A DNA stretch of 61,614 nucleotides, filler included. It is 11 parts of 11 records of this genome, joined end to end, with 100 filler letters (N's around TTAATTAATTAA, not from the genome) between each part and the next. Parts side by side here need not be neighbours in the genome. Positions count along the whole stretch, not along the records: positions 36,529 to 43,070 come from SRR7504441_4840; positions 43,171 to 47,518 come from SRR7504441_4845; positions 47,619 to 53,945 come from SRR7504441_4849; 8 more parts are not named here. The stretch is one strand, 5' to 3'. The notes beneath the pieces were generated by a model that worked only from the letters and a program-made list of their open reading frames with translations, was not told the origin of the DNA and ran no database searches. Of this stretch, positions 37,934 to 49,232 are shown one piece after another; the stretch's first letter is position 1; every line of letters begins with the position of its first letter. Made by a program: the position numbers and the translations under genes.

Positions 37934-40484
37934 TCACTTGGCATCCGCCACACACCGGAAGCCAATGGTGCCCGCCCGTTCATAGCTGCCACCCATCAAG
38001 AAGTACTTGCCGTATGTGGCTAGGTCAAACGCTGGAGGAAAGTACCAATGGCTCCCACCCATGAGGTGGGGCGTTGAGCCTGGCACCGGCGTGCGCGAGG
38101 TCTCGTTGAAGCACGCCGGCGGCTCAGTTCTTGGTGTACCGTCATCGTTCTCGATCCAGCGGCACTCAGCGAGCCGAGACGGGCCGTAGTTGGAGCCGCC
38201 TCTCAGGATCAAAGATCGCGTGTGCTCGTCCTGAAATTCTGTGGTCATTTGCCAGACACTGCGCACGAGGTCTTCTATCCCAAACGGAGAGGCGCCCTGC
38301 GGGTATTTGCCAACTGGCTCTGGTCCCGGGTTGCGGTAATCGTTGTTGGCAATGGGAGCAAGACGGCCAGAGCTGTCATCGGCGTCGCCCCATGGATAGT
38401 GGCGCGAAGCGTTCCCACCCTGTAACGGGTCAAGCCCAGGCAGAGCTACAGCCAAGCACCTGCGCAAAGTATTGCCACTCGTATGTGTGAGGCAGCCGCT
38501 TATTCTGGTGCTTGCAATAGGCGCGGGCATCGGCCAGGCTCACATACGTCACTGGCTTGTCCTCCCAGCCGACCTTTGGGCCAACCGGTGCGGGTCCATC
38601 GAAGTCAAAGCTCTGCTTGAGCCAATTGGCCCTGTCTTGAGGGGAATATCTGGTGGCTTTGAGGAACTGAGCGTACATCAGATTGGTCACCGGGTGTTTG
38701 TCGACGTACATCGAACCAATGTCGAGCCTTTGATCGTGCGCCCGCTTGGGATGAGCTTCCCAATCAAACTGCTCACCCACACCCGAGTTCAGCTGGCCTT
38801 CAATCTCGACCCCGGCGGCGATAAAGTGGTAATTCCCGCCAGGGACATAAACCTCTCCGCTCTGTGTATCATTGCGCAGCCGGATCGCTGTCTTCGCGTT
38901 GGCAGCCACCATTGTCTGGTTCAGGTAATGAAAATTTCCGTCAAAGGCGGATAAAGGTTTGCTCGTGAGTGCAGCCATGGTGGCGAGCAGCCCAGTCAGA
39001 TCGCCCGGCACAGCAGGAGCACCACCCTCGAGCCGCAACGCATCAGCATCAAATTGCAAGAGTGGAAACTTGGTAGCATTAGGTGTCGCAATCACGCAGC
39101 CAAACCCGTTTCCTTCAATCGTGAAGGAGAGCGTGCCATCATGGGCCAGGCTGAGCCTTTTGCCGTTGTAGCAGTCATAGTAATTGAGGCCAGGGGTGGC
39201 ACGAGCCTGCAGCTGGGCCCCAGTCCTTGGCGACGCATTCCGATTCACAAGCGCCCAGAGCGTTTCCTCAACGACAGGGAAGGACGAGCCGAAGACCCCA
39301 TTGCGAGTCTGAATCACCTCCGGCGTGTGAGGCGTCCATTGCGTTGCAGTCGTAAAGCCGCGGCGGCCAAAGAAACGAAGCAGCAGCGCCACGCGCCGAA
39401 TCGCCTCGCCATCTCGGGCAATCATGCCGTTCCAAGTGCCCCAGACATTCTCCCACGTCTCAAACCCGAGCGTGTTGAACCAGGCGACTTGGATCTCGGA
39501 GATCTTGTTGTTGGGCTTGCCATCCTTCCATGTCGCTGGGTCGCCTTGCCAGCGCGTGCACCAGTTAGTCATGCTTTTACCGAAAGAGAGCCACTTGGGT
39601 TTATCCACATCCGGCGCATTATTGTAAGCCCCTGGCTCGTCCTGGGTCCAACCTTCGGCCCAGCCGAGCGTCTTGAACTTCAGATCCCACTCGGGCAGCC
39701 CCCCCTCGGATTCAATCGCTATCGGCTTGTAGATCGCCTTCGCTGCATCGTAGAACGCTCTGGGCGTGTGCTGCATCGTGTCGGCATTGAACCCATCAGC
39801 GCCCGTATCCCGGAGCAGTTGGGCCATCGAGTCGAAGTCGGTCTCGTTGTTCCGTTGCTGCCCGTTGGTCGAATGATCCCAAGGATGGTACGGCCACAGT
39901 ACTCGCACTCCCCGTCGCTGCAGCTGACTGACCACCTCGCGGATCCCGGCTGTCCCGCCGGGCATAGACCGTATCAGCTCCCAGGTGTTCCGATCATCAA
40001 TTCCAATCTGCCCGCCCAGTCAGCCGCGACCCTCCAGGCCGGGTACGTTGGTGTATGTAGGCCAAACCAAAGCCTTATCGATGCCTCCGTACCGCTGGTT
40101 CAGATCGGCCAACCAGCGGTCAACCGTGTAACCCGCCCCGCCGGTGCCGTTGCCCAGGCTGGGGTCGTAGAAGTACCTGTCGTACGGGTGCATCTGCGGG
40201 CTGATGAAGGCCGTCTGTGTCCAGGCCAGCTCGGGCTCCTGGGAGATGGCCCCAGGCGCCAGCGGGTCAAACGCTGTGGCGTTGTTGCAGGCCGAGCGCA
40301 TGGCGCGCATCCTGGCGTGCCACTGCCCGAGGCCGGCCGGGCTCCAGTCGGCTGGCGCTTTGACCTGAGCGCTGCCGGTCCGGCCGCCACCCATCGGCAG
40401 GTCGGCCGGGAGGCACTCGGGCGGGGGGCCGTTCGCGGCCAGTGCCTCGACGCCCAACAGGACGATGCCGGCGACAACCAACAT
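37934..40484 (-). CDS. Secreted protein with large N-terminal domain and C-terminal FGE/SUMF1-sulfatase domain
   Basis: Signal peptide and YTVDRWLADLNQRYGGID...N|IGIDDRN (intron 40008-40046). FGE-fold motifs DKHPVTN, PVTYVSLADARAYC, RLPHTYEWQYFA, YPWG, SPFGIEDL, RGGS and GFRC. Confidence 0.85.
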
Positions 40485-40604
40485 GTACTTGGCTCGAGTC
40501 GGCTGGCAGCTGGGCGGCCGTGGAGACCCAGCTCGTTCATTGGCCATGGTATATGATGCCCGGACAGCCGGTGAAGTCCGTTAGAATAACGGACGTGGAT
40601 CTCA

Positions 40605-42983
40605 ATGATGGCTGGCCGGCTCAATGCCGCAGGAGTAAAGCCGTGGGTGGCTATCCTCCTGGCTTCGGTCTCGACAGCCTCTCTCGATCCCCGCACGCAG
40701 CCTGTGACAGATGTGCTGACCCGGGTGTGCGGACCAGACACAGCCAGCGTCTTCGCGCTCGCGCTGGACCGCTCAATGCCTCAGGGCTTTGAGCTCGCGT
40801 CGCACAGCAACGGCACAATCTCGGTCCGCGCCTCGGGCCTGCCGGAGCTGGCCTACGGCGCGGCCTTCTACCTCCGGCGTTACGCCCACTTCTCGTTCAG
40901 TTGGGAGCGCACCGGCGGCAACCAGGTGCGGCCTCCGCCAGGGGCGGCCTGGCCACCAGTGCCGAACGGCAAACTGCTGGTCAAGAAGACCGCAAAGTGG
41001 TCGTATTATCAGAACGTGTGCACCCAGTCGTACTCCATGTGGTGGTGGGACTGGGCCCGGTGGGAGCGCGAGATCGATTGGATGGCGCTATGGGGTATCA
41101 ACCTGGTCCTAGCCTACACCGGGCAGGAGCATGTGTTTCGAAGCGTGTACAACCAGATCGGAGTCAACGACAGCATGCTCGCCAGCACATTTGACGGCCC
41201 GGCCTTCCTTACGTGGTCCCGAGGCCAGGGCACTTTCGGCTATGGCGGGCCCTTGCCAGTGAGCTGGATGGAAAGCCAGGCAGCGTTGCAGATGAAGATA
41301 GTCGCCCGGCTGCGTCTCCTCGGCATGGAGCCCATCTTGCCGGGATTTCAAGGCAACGTGCCAATGGCCCTCAAGACGGTCCTTCCCCAGGCCAATACTT
41401 CAGGCGGCTGGCTCGATGCCATGGACCCGGCGTTCGCATCCATTGGCACCTCCTTTGCCAAGGGCGTCACAGCCAGCTTTGGGGAGCCAAACTACGTGGA
41501 GGCAGACGGTTGGTTCAGCCTGGAGACGGGCCCATGGCTGAGAACCGATCACGAACGGCGTGTGGACCGATCCTTCGGTGCGCTCGTCAAGCTGGCGTCG
41601 GAGGAATTCGTCCGAGGACCAGACGTGGAGGGTCCGGTGTGCAGCTTTGGTGCCGGAGACTTCATCGTGCCTAGCGAGGAGGAGGCCTATGTGCGTGCGC
41701 AGCGTATATTTTCCGTCATCACCTCTGCGGTGGGGTCTAGCGGTGCCACTTGGGTCTATCAAGGCTACCCCTGGTTCCGAGTCTACAGCGCTTGCCCACA
41801 GCTGCGGGACCAATTGCGGCGGTTTGTTCGCGGGTTCACCCGCGCAGTCCCTAAGGACAAGCTGCTTGTCCTCGATCTTGTCGCGGATAAACCTGACTCG
41901 GCACTGTGGCGATATCCTGCCGACAAGTCGCTCGGGACGTTTGTGCAAAACGCGTCGCTGGTCTGGTGTGCTCTGAGCAATTGGGGTGGCGCCGTTGTGC
42001 TCGGAGGCGACCTAAGCCTCGCGCTGAGCGAAGCTCGGGCAGCTATCGCCAATACACCCGGTGGAGAGGGAGCCAGGACGACCGGGGTGGGCCTGACGCC
42101 CGAGGGCATCGACGCGAGCAATGCATACTTCTCGATCGTGCTAGACGCGCCATGGGAGCAGCTGAATGCCACCCAGACGAATGCAGCGGAGTGGTTTGTC
42201 GAGTGGGGCCATGGCAGATGCGGCCGGTCTGGTGTAGTTGCTGCCGAGCAGGCCTACCAAAAGCTTTTTGAAACAGTTTATCGCCCGGGGCAGCCGTACC
42301 TGTGGTGCTGTAGCCAGCCCAAGTATTGCCCCACGATGCTCCCCAGCGAGGCCGGTAGCGTCTTCCGTCCGACCTGGAATGCGACCGAGCTACGCGCGGC
42401 GCTGGAGCTAATGGTCGCTGCTGCACCCGAGTGTAACACCTCGGCCTTCCTCTTTGATCTTGTTGACGTCGCAAGGGAGTGGCTGTCATCGACCCCCTGC
42501 CTCGACGCCTTTGATGCGGTCAATGCCACAGCCTTGCCCGCGGAGCTTAAGCAGCAGACCGAGCGGCTTCTTGGTGTGCTTGCCGACGTTGACGCAGTCA
42601 TGGCAAGCGAACCTGGCGGCGGGTTCCTACTAGGGCGGTGGCTAAAGAACTCGCGGGCAGTTGCAGATTGGGACGGTTCGCACGGCTCGCTGGCCGATTT
42701 TTATGAGCTCAATTCGCGACTACAGGTCAGTGTCTGGGCCGGGGCCTACTCTCGGAGGGAGTGGTCTGGTATGGTCAAGGGCTACTACGGCGGGCGGCTC
42801 CAGACCTGGCTCAACTGCACAATTGATCATAAGGGTTGCCCTGCTCGGAATGTAGCCGGCGCAGTGAGCGCATTTGAGCAAATGTGGGTCAACGAGACCT
42901 GGAATCCGAAGATGCTGCCTGCATCTCCAGTCGGAGACCCAATAGTTTTGGCAAAGGCGATGCTCGAGAAGTACAAGACTTAG
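40605..42983 (+). CDS. NAGLU: Alpha-N-acetylglucosaminidase-like (GH89), intronless
   Basis: YYQNVCTQSYSMWWWDWARWEREIDWMALWGINL, GPAFLTWSR, PILPGFQGNVP, LLVLDL, GVGLTPEGI, FDLVDVARE and REWSGMVKGYY are all GH89 motifs. Confidence 0.9.
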   Translation: MMAGRLNAAGVKPWVAILLASVSTASLDPRTQPVTDVLTRVCGPDTASVFALALDRSMPQGFELASHSNGTISVRASGLPELAYGAAFYLRRYAHFSFSWERTGGNQVRPPPGAAWPPVPNGKLLVKKTAKWSYYQNVCTQSYSMWWWDWARWEREIDWMALWGINLVLAYTGQEHVFRSVYNQIGVNDSMLASTFDGPAFLTWSRGQGTFGYGGPLPVSWMESQAALQMKIVARLRLLGMEPILPGFQGNVPMALKTVLPQANTSGGWLDAMDPAFASIGTSFAKGVTASFGEPNYVEADGWFSLETGPWLRTDHERRVDRSFGALVKLASEEFVRGPDVEGPVCSFGAGDFIVPSEEEAYVRAQRIFSVITSAVGSSGATWVYQGYPWFRVYSACPQLRDQLRRFVRGFTRAVPKDKLLVLDLVADKPDSALWRYPADKSLGTFVQNASLVWCALSNWGGAVVLGGDLSLALSEARAAIANTPGGEGARTTGVGLTPEGIDASNAYFSIVLDAPWEQLNATQTNAAEWFVEWGHGRCGRSGVVAAEQAYQKLFETVYRPGQPYLWCCSQPKYCPTMLPSEAGSVFRPTWNATELRAALELMVAAAPECNTSAFLFDLVDVAREWLSSTPCLDAFDAVNATALPAELKQQTERLLGVLADVDAVMASEPGGGFLLGRWLKNSRAVADWDGSHGSLADFYELNSRLQVSVWAGAYSRREWSGMVKGYYGGRLQTWLNCTIDHKGCPARNVAGAVSAFEQMWVNETWNPKMLPASPVGDPIVLAKAMLEKYKT

Positions 42984-43260
42984 TGATATAGGAGATAATT
43001 TTAATGAAGAATTAGATACATTGTAAGCCTTTCGGAAGGGCCGTTCAATTCGTTTAGTATAACCTAGCTANNNNNNNNNNNNNNNNNNNNNNNNNNNNNN
43101 NNNNNNNNNNNNNNTTAATTAATTAANNNNNNNNNNNNNNNNNNNNNNNNNNNNNNNNNNNNNNNNNNNNGTCACAAACCGAGCCGCACCCCCGACTGAC
43201 CGGAGTGACAGACATGCGTGTCCCGCCAGCCCCGAAAGGCCGCGCGACACCCCCGCCCAG

Positions 43261-44094
43261 TTAGCTCGCATAGCGAAGCACTGAGTAGGGCGCCTGGATC
43301 CGCCGGATCCGGTCGGCCATGTCATTCACCATGAAAATGTCTGAAGTGGATATGGGAACTTGGAAACTGCTATTATCGGCTTGGCCCACCACCCCAAGCG
43401 TGAGGCAGGTGCGCCGGATCAGCTGGCCGGCCACCAGCACTACCAGCCCGAGAATATAGAACACGATCGGGGCTGCGTTGATCCCGATCTGGTAGTCGTT
43501 TGACACATGCAGCCCAAGCTCCTCATAGTTCACCACGCCACCCAGGATCAAGATGATCCCTATCGCCATCAAAATCGGGTTGAACCGCTCCTTGATCACC
43601 TCAATGCAGCTCACGTCTTTGATCCAGGCGTCGATCGGCACCCCGCCGTGGCGCTCGCACCAGATAGTGGACAGGCTCATTATCACTCGATAGTTGGTCA
43701 GCTGCAGGGTGTCCTCGATCTCCGTGATGATCCGCTCGCCCCGCAGGCCCACCCGCCCGCCCAGCAGTACTATGTTGTCGTCCTCGCCCACGAACCCTTC
43801 GTCCAGCCCCGCCCCCGGCTCAGTCCCGTCTTCGTTGTTCTGCCACCCGGGCACTCAGCCCGCTGGCCACCAGCTACGTACCGGCCGACTTCGCGGCGAG
43901 TCTAGCGTGATCCTGCCCGCCGAGCCGGGCGGCGGTTGCGACCGGGGCTCAGGAGTCTGCGGGGAGTTGCCAGTGCCATTAGATCGGCGCTGCCCCGAGT
44001 CAGGCTGGGCCGGCGGGGGCGGCACGTGCAGGCCCTCGGGATCCTTCTCGGGCAAGTCCAACGAGATCCCGGGCGGAGAACCGTCCCCTTCCAT
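43261..44094 (-). CDS. Hypothetical membrane protein with two TM helices in a possible PH-like domain
   Basis: Pro-rich N-terminal exon (MEGDGSPP...), then LQLTNYRVI and two hydrophobic segments (PILMAIGIILILGG; PIVFYILGLVVLVAG). Confidence 0.55.
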
Positions 44095-44254
44095 CCTCGG
44101 GAGCCGGGCGCTCTCTCCCCCCTCGCCTACCAACCGTCCAGGGGCCGCCGGTGGTGGCTCTTCTCCCCTGGCCAGTGTGGGAGACCAACGGAAGATCAGT
44201 CTTCGAGTTGCCCGAGGTTGCTCGAGAGTTGCCTAGGGCATCAGAACCATCAAC

Positions 44255-45329
44255 ATGGCAGCTTCGCAGTAAGCTGCCCGCCCCAGCGGCCCGACCTGAC
44301 CTGGGGCAGGTATTTCGAATCGACCAAGGTGGCCGCGATGGGCATGCTCGCCAACGAGTTCCCCGCAAAGCTGGCCAGCCTGCAGCCGTGGACCGCGGTG
44401 GACACCGCCGGGCTCCCGGCCGGCGGAGTGCCCTTCAAGCTGGGGAGCCAAGACTGCGCCACGCTCAGCCTGAGCGAGGCCGAGGTATCGTTCCGGGCCG
44501 AGCTCGAGGCCAAGCTGGCCGAGACCAACCCCGGTGCACCCCCGAGCCGCCGGGGCCGTGAGCCGGGGCCAGCCGAGACCGGGGTCAACCCAAAAGTGAT
44601 GCAGTGTACCCAGTTCGTCCGGGCTGAGCTGATGGTGCGCGCCCGTGCGGCGATGGTCGAGCGTGGGGGCCGCAGGCCCTGGTGAACGCCCTCCGAACCA
44701 TGGAAACCTGGTGCGGCCGCCCGCCGCACTGCGGCCGAGCCGGGGCAGGGTGCACCTTTCAGTGCCGCAGATCAGCGACGGGAACAACTTTGGGGTGGAG
44801 GTAGCGCGCAGGCCGGGGCTGTGGCCAGTGCAGGGGTGGCAGATCCAGGAGCACATTTGCAAGAAGGTGATTGAGCACAAGACCGGCGCCAAGACGCTGC
44901 TTGAAGGGCTCGCAAAGTACTCGCAGGAACGGGCTGGCGCCTGGGAGAAGGCCGTGTTCGCTCAGACGGTTGGCTCAAGCTTGGCAAGCGGCTGAGTGTG
45001 TCGCAGACTAAGACCTCAGGAAGCCAAGAGACAAAGAAGTCCTCGGGTGGCGAGAAAGACACAAACGAGTCGTCGCAGACTGAGGTGCGCCCAGGGCGCT
45101 GCTGACCAGGCTCAAAAGTGGGCAGTCGGTGGCTTCGGCCAAGCACATGGTGGCGAGCGACGCGGTCGAGTTCTTGCTGGCTATGGACCTGGCACAGTAC
45201 TTCAGCCTCCACGCGACCGTGCAGGAAATCTTCAAGAGCTACCTGATCGTGCTCGACATGATCACCAAGAACTTGGCCAAGCTCGAGGACCCGCGCGGCG
45301 ACGCCGACAACCAGATGAGCATGTTCTAA
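44255..45329 (+). CDS. Proteasome activator PA28/REG (PSME3-like), multi-exon
   Basis: Activation-loop motif VPQISDGNNFGVEV|QE and C-terminal LDMITKNLAKLEDPRG...SMF*. First exon ATGGCAGCTTCGCA is followed by a gtaag donor. Confidence 0.88.
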
Positions 45330-45555
45330 GCCAGGAGCTCTCAAAGCTTGCATTGCCCAATGTCCTCGAAGCTAGCGTACAAGTCATGTATTGGAGATCA
45401 ATTGGGTGGAAATAGGGTGAAAGAGAACGAGCGCTAAAACAAGAAATAGTGTACACATGAAATGCTAATGAAATGCTTGATCCTTCGTCGCTATAAAATC
45501 GCCTTCAATTTAATACGTACAAGTCATGTAAGCTTAACTTACAAGTACAAAAGGG

Positions 45556-46488
45556 TCATAAGTTTGATTTGTGCCTGGCGTTCCCGTGTATATCAGTCAT
45601 CACTCCCCAGGCCCATTTGAGGTTCCGCTTCGTCTTATCATACAGCTTCCTGCGCTGCTCGGGCGCATGCTTGATTCTCTCCTTGAGCTTAGTCTTAACT
45701 TTCCTCAAGTACAACGTGCTTGGAGCTACCCCAAAATTCTCCGGCTGCCCTCCCACATCGGCCCACGCCCACCGCCCCACGCACCGTGGCCTCCAGCCCA
45801 AGCGCCGCCCCGATCGCCCGCATTGCCGAGTCGTGGTGCACTGCGTGGTGGAACACAAAGTGCAACTCCCTCCCCACCTACCACCATTCTGCCAGCCCGC
45901 GCCAGGCCGGACCGTGCTTTCCATCCATACCGGCGCCTCTGCAGTGGTCAGCATCACCACCCGGATCGGGTCGCCCGGCCGGGCCATCTGAACCCCCTGG
46001 ATCTCCTCCAGCTGAGCCAGCACTCTCGAAACAGCCTGCGCACCGCTCGCCTGGCAGCAGCTGCCAACAATCACCCGGAGCGATCTCTCCGGCCGCAGTT
46101 CCAACGGCGAGAGCTACCGGCCAGTCGGCACCCGTTGGGCCAGCGGAGGGCACCCCGGCTTTGAGCTTCCTGTCGTCGTATTTGACTGCGAGCCCCGGCT
46201 GCTGGATGGCGTCGCACAGTGAGATATAATGCTCCAGCGCGTGCCGCACGTGCTTCCCGATCGTGCTCGGTGGCCTGGCCGGGTGCTCAGCCGCCGGGAA
46301 GCCCAGCCGGGTGCACCCCATCACGCGGCAAGGGGCGGCGTACACGTACTCTGGGCAAGCGGCAACGAACTCCCCCAGCTGTCCGGCCGGTCGGCGGGCG
46401 GCGGCTGGGCGGCCGGTGCCTGGGTGAGCTGGGCCATGCAGCACTCGATGATCGCCTGGGATGTCCAGCGCGCCCGGGCCTCGGCCAT
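45556..46488 (-). CDS. DinB/YfiT-superfamily putative metalloprotein, multi-exon
   Basis: IGKHVRHALEHY, YDDR, RELHFVFHHAVHH and FGVAPST. First intron 46379-46419 is GC-AG. Confidence 0.78.
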
Positions 46489-46609
46489 CGCAGGGTGCTG
46501 CAGCCTGATGCAGACTGCAGTGGTCAACTCGGACCGGTCGCTGATGATGAGGATTTTTTATTACTGAGCGTTACCGGTATTGGAGCCACAGGCCACGCCA
46601 CTGCCGCCG

Positions 46610-47489
46610 ATGGGGCAAGACCTGTCGAAGAGCCTGTCGTCGGTCGAGCTGGCCCAGCTCCGAGCCGACCTGGAGGCCTCCTACCTGGCTGTGGCGGCCG
46701 AGGCGCTCGAGCGCCGGCAGAACGCTGGGCTCTCAGGGCACACCCGACAGGCAAATCTGGAGCGGGAGGCTCAAACAGTCAAGGTGGACGCGGTGGCAGG
46801 CTGGGTGCGAAACGGCTGGCACGACCCGCTCAACCCAGCCAACCAGCAGAAGTGGCTCAATTACGGGCTGGTGGTCGGGTCGAGGGTGATGCAGACTAAT
46901 GCGGCTGGCTGCCCGGCCACCATGCAGTTGCTCGACCCGTGGATCAAATTCATCGAGGTGGCCGGGTTCTCGTGGCTGCAGCCGGGGGCGCGCATCCCGG
47001 AGCACACCGACGACCGGGATCCGTTGGCGTGGTCCAAGGTGGTCCACCTCGGACTGCAGGTGCCGGATCAGAACCAATGCTACCTCGAGACCAGTCAGCA
47101 GGCGGCTGGGCTAGATGAGTCAGATACGGTGCTCCGGCTGGACGAGGCGGAGGGCAAGAGCTTGTGCTTTGACGACATGTTCCCGCACAGAGGTGCCTGG
47201 CCGCTGATACCCCAGCGCTTGTAACACGAGTGTGGTCACAGCGTGGAACAACAGCGAGCACGACAGAGTAATTCTGTACCTCAAGTGCAGGACTCTCCCA
47301 CCCAACAGCGAGCGGGAGCGGCTCGAGCGCCAAAAGCAGCTGCTGGCCGAGAGCGTGGCCGAGTGCGAGGAGAGGAGAGAGGAGGAGCCTGGTTGTGTTG
47401 CTCCGGCAGCTAGCATGAATAGCAGGACTGCGGCGCTGCAGGAGCTGGACAACCAGTTGAAGCGGACCCTCAAGTTGCATACGAGGTGA
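46610..47489 (+). CDS. Aspartyl/asparaginyl beta-hydroxylase-domain 2OG-Fe(II) dioxygenase
   Basis: AGFSWLQPGARIPEHTD, VHLGLQVP, EGKSLCFDD and AWNNSEHDRVILY, plus a short coiled-coil tail. Confidence 0.85.
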
Positions 47490-47618
47490 GGAGTCGCGCG
47501 TGCAGTGTAGCTTAAAAANNNNNNNNNNNNNNNNNNNNNNNNNNNNNNNNNNNNNNNNNNNNTTAATTAATTAANNNNNNNNNNNNNNNNNNNNNNNNNN
47601 NNNNNNNNNNNNNNNNNN

Positions 47619-49232
47619 TGGTGGGTTCGATTTCTGAAGCAATGCACATTTGGAACCTTCATTAACACAATGATCATCCTGAACGTCTTACTCGCAGTGT
47701 TTGTGTATCCACGGGCAAAATATCAGACTGATCTAGAGAAGCGGACATGCACCAGTGGTGACAACCTATGGCAATTTTTCTTTGGATTTGTTTTCCTGCT
47801 TGACGTCATTATCTGCTCTCTCGGACAATCCACAAAGCAGCAACCACTGCGGTACCTCTACTCGCGGCAGCCAGATAGTGAGCACGTTTACAACTGGATG
47901 GATATCCTAGTTGTGCTCATGATGTTGTTGAATAGCATCTTTACTTGCATCGCTGCCCCCCGCTCAGGTATGATCGAGAGCTTTGTTGGTATCCTTCGTG
48001 TTTGTAGGGTTTTCCGCATTGTACTTCATTTCAAAATATTCAAGAAGATGTACATTGCAAGCAGCCGCGTGATTCCTGCAGTCGCGCCGCAGTTGGGGCT
48101 TTTTGTGATTTTCTATTATGGGTTCTCAGTCATTGGCATGACATTGTTTGCGGGCTGTGTCACTGAAGAGGTCGACTACGGCGGCCCTGGACGATGGGAG
48201 ACCACACCATGGGACACTTACTTCTTTGCTACGGCGGGAACTAGTTACTACAACCTCAATTTTGACAATTTGTGGTCAGCAATTGTGACTCTTTTTATGC
48301 TGATGATCCAGAACAACTGGCATGTCACAGTAGACGGCTACGTCCAGTGCACAAATACCAAATGGACCAGGCTGTATTTCTTCCTATTCAACTTGACTGT
48401 CGCTCAGGTCATGATCAATATCTTCGTCGGTATTCTGCTCGACGTGTTCCAGGTCTACTGGGACGAAGAAAGGAGGGAAGGTGACGCCTCTCACGAGGAC
48501 TCTACTATCAGCTCATTCTACATGGTACTCGTGCAGAGAATGCAATATCGGCGCAATTCAAGTAACATTCTGCTAGCTGACAAGTGGCAACTTGAGCGCA
48601 AGATCTCTTCACAGGATGTCTATGCCGGACCAAGCGATGCCGCAAGACTAGCTGGCGAACTGGATGTGAAGACTGAAAGAGAAGGTATCCGCGATATTGC
48701 CTTTTCGATGCCAATTCCTGCATACTGCCGGACTTCAACCAATAAGATTGCATATTGTAACCAGGCATTCGCTGCATTGTACAATACCAAACCTGTGTCG
48801 CTCATTGGATCGTATGCAAACCACGAGGTCATTCATGATAAGCCGCAGAAGCTTAGGGATGTGAAGTGGAATGAACTGGCGCGTGAAAGGGGTGCATGCA
48901 TCGAATACAATGAGACCGCGATCTTTCCAGACGGGACGGAAGTTAGCTTCAAATGCCATGAGCAGCCTATCAAATTTCCCCCCTTTCATAACACGACTAT
49001 CGTGTACATGTATCCTGCAGGACCAGGATGTAGCAATTTGCGCCAGTTGGTTGATCGAGGGTTTCTCACACCGCCTACGATTTCTCGGAAACGTACTTGG
49101 TTTGGTGTGCCGGCTCATTCTGGTATGGAGAAAAGGCCAGGGGAGGACGCACAACAAAATAAGTTAACAGGGGATGCAGCAATCAATTATAAGACGGATG
49201 CTGAGGAATCTGACCACTGCACCAACATTTGA
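47619..49232 (+). CDS. Two-pore channel (TPC) domain II with C-terminal PAS-like domain, 5'-partial
   Basis: Six TM segments, S4 LRVCRVFRI, pore YYNLNFDNLWSAIVTLFMLMIQNNW and S6 INIFVGILLDVF. PAS-like segment at ~48687-49015. Confidence 0.85.
   Translation, partial: WWVRFLKQCTFGTFINTMIILNVLLAVFVYPRAKYQTDLEKRTCTSGDNLWQFFFGFVFLLDVIICSLGQSTKQQPLRYLYSRQPDSEHVYNWMDILVVLMMLLNSIFTCIAAPRSGMIESFVGILRVCRVFRIVLHFKIFKKMYIASSRVIPAVAPQLGLFVIFYYGFSVIGMTLFAGCVTEEVDYGGPGRWETTPWDTYFFATAGTSYYNLNFDNLWSAIVTLFMLMIQNNWHVTVDGYVQCTNTKWTRLYFFLFNLTVAQVMINIFVGILLDVFQVYWDEERREGDASHEDSTISSFYMVLVQRMQYRRNSSNILLADKWQLERKISSQDVYAGPSDAARLAGELDVKTEREGIRDIAFSMPIPAYCRTSTNKIAYCNQAFAALYNTKPVSLIGSYANHEVIHDKPQKLRDVKWNELARERGACIEYNETAIFPDGTEVSFKCHEQPIKFPPFHNTTIVYMYPAGPGCSNLRQLVDRGFLTPPTISRKRTWFGVPAHSGMEKRPGEDAQQNKLTGDAAINYKTDAEESDHCTNI

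Noticed and set aside
39054-40556. Long antisense or overlapping ORFs (e.g. 39054-40556 +, 3962-5125 +, 20035-21096 +, 58909-60039 -)
   Set aside because: Shadow ORFs expected in GC-rich coding DNA, with no recognisable motifs.
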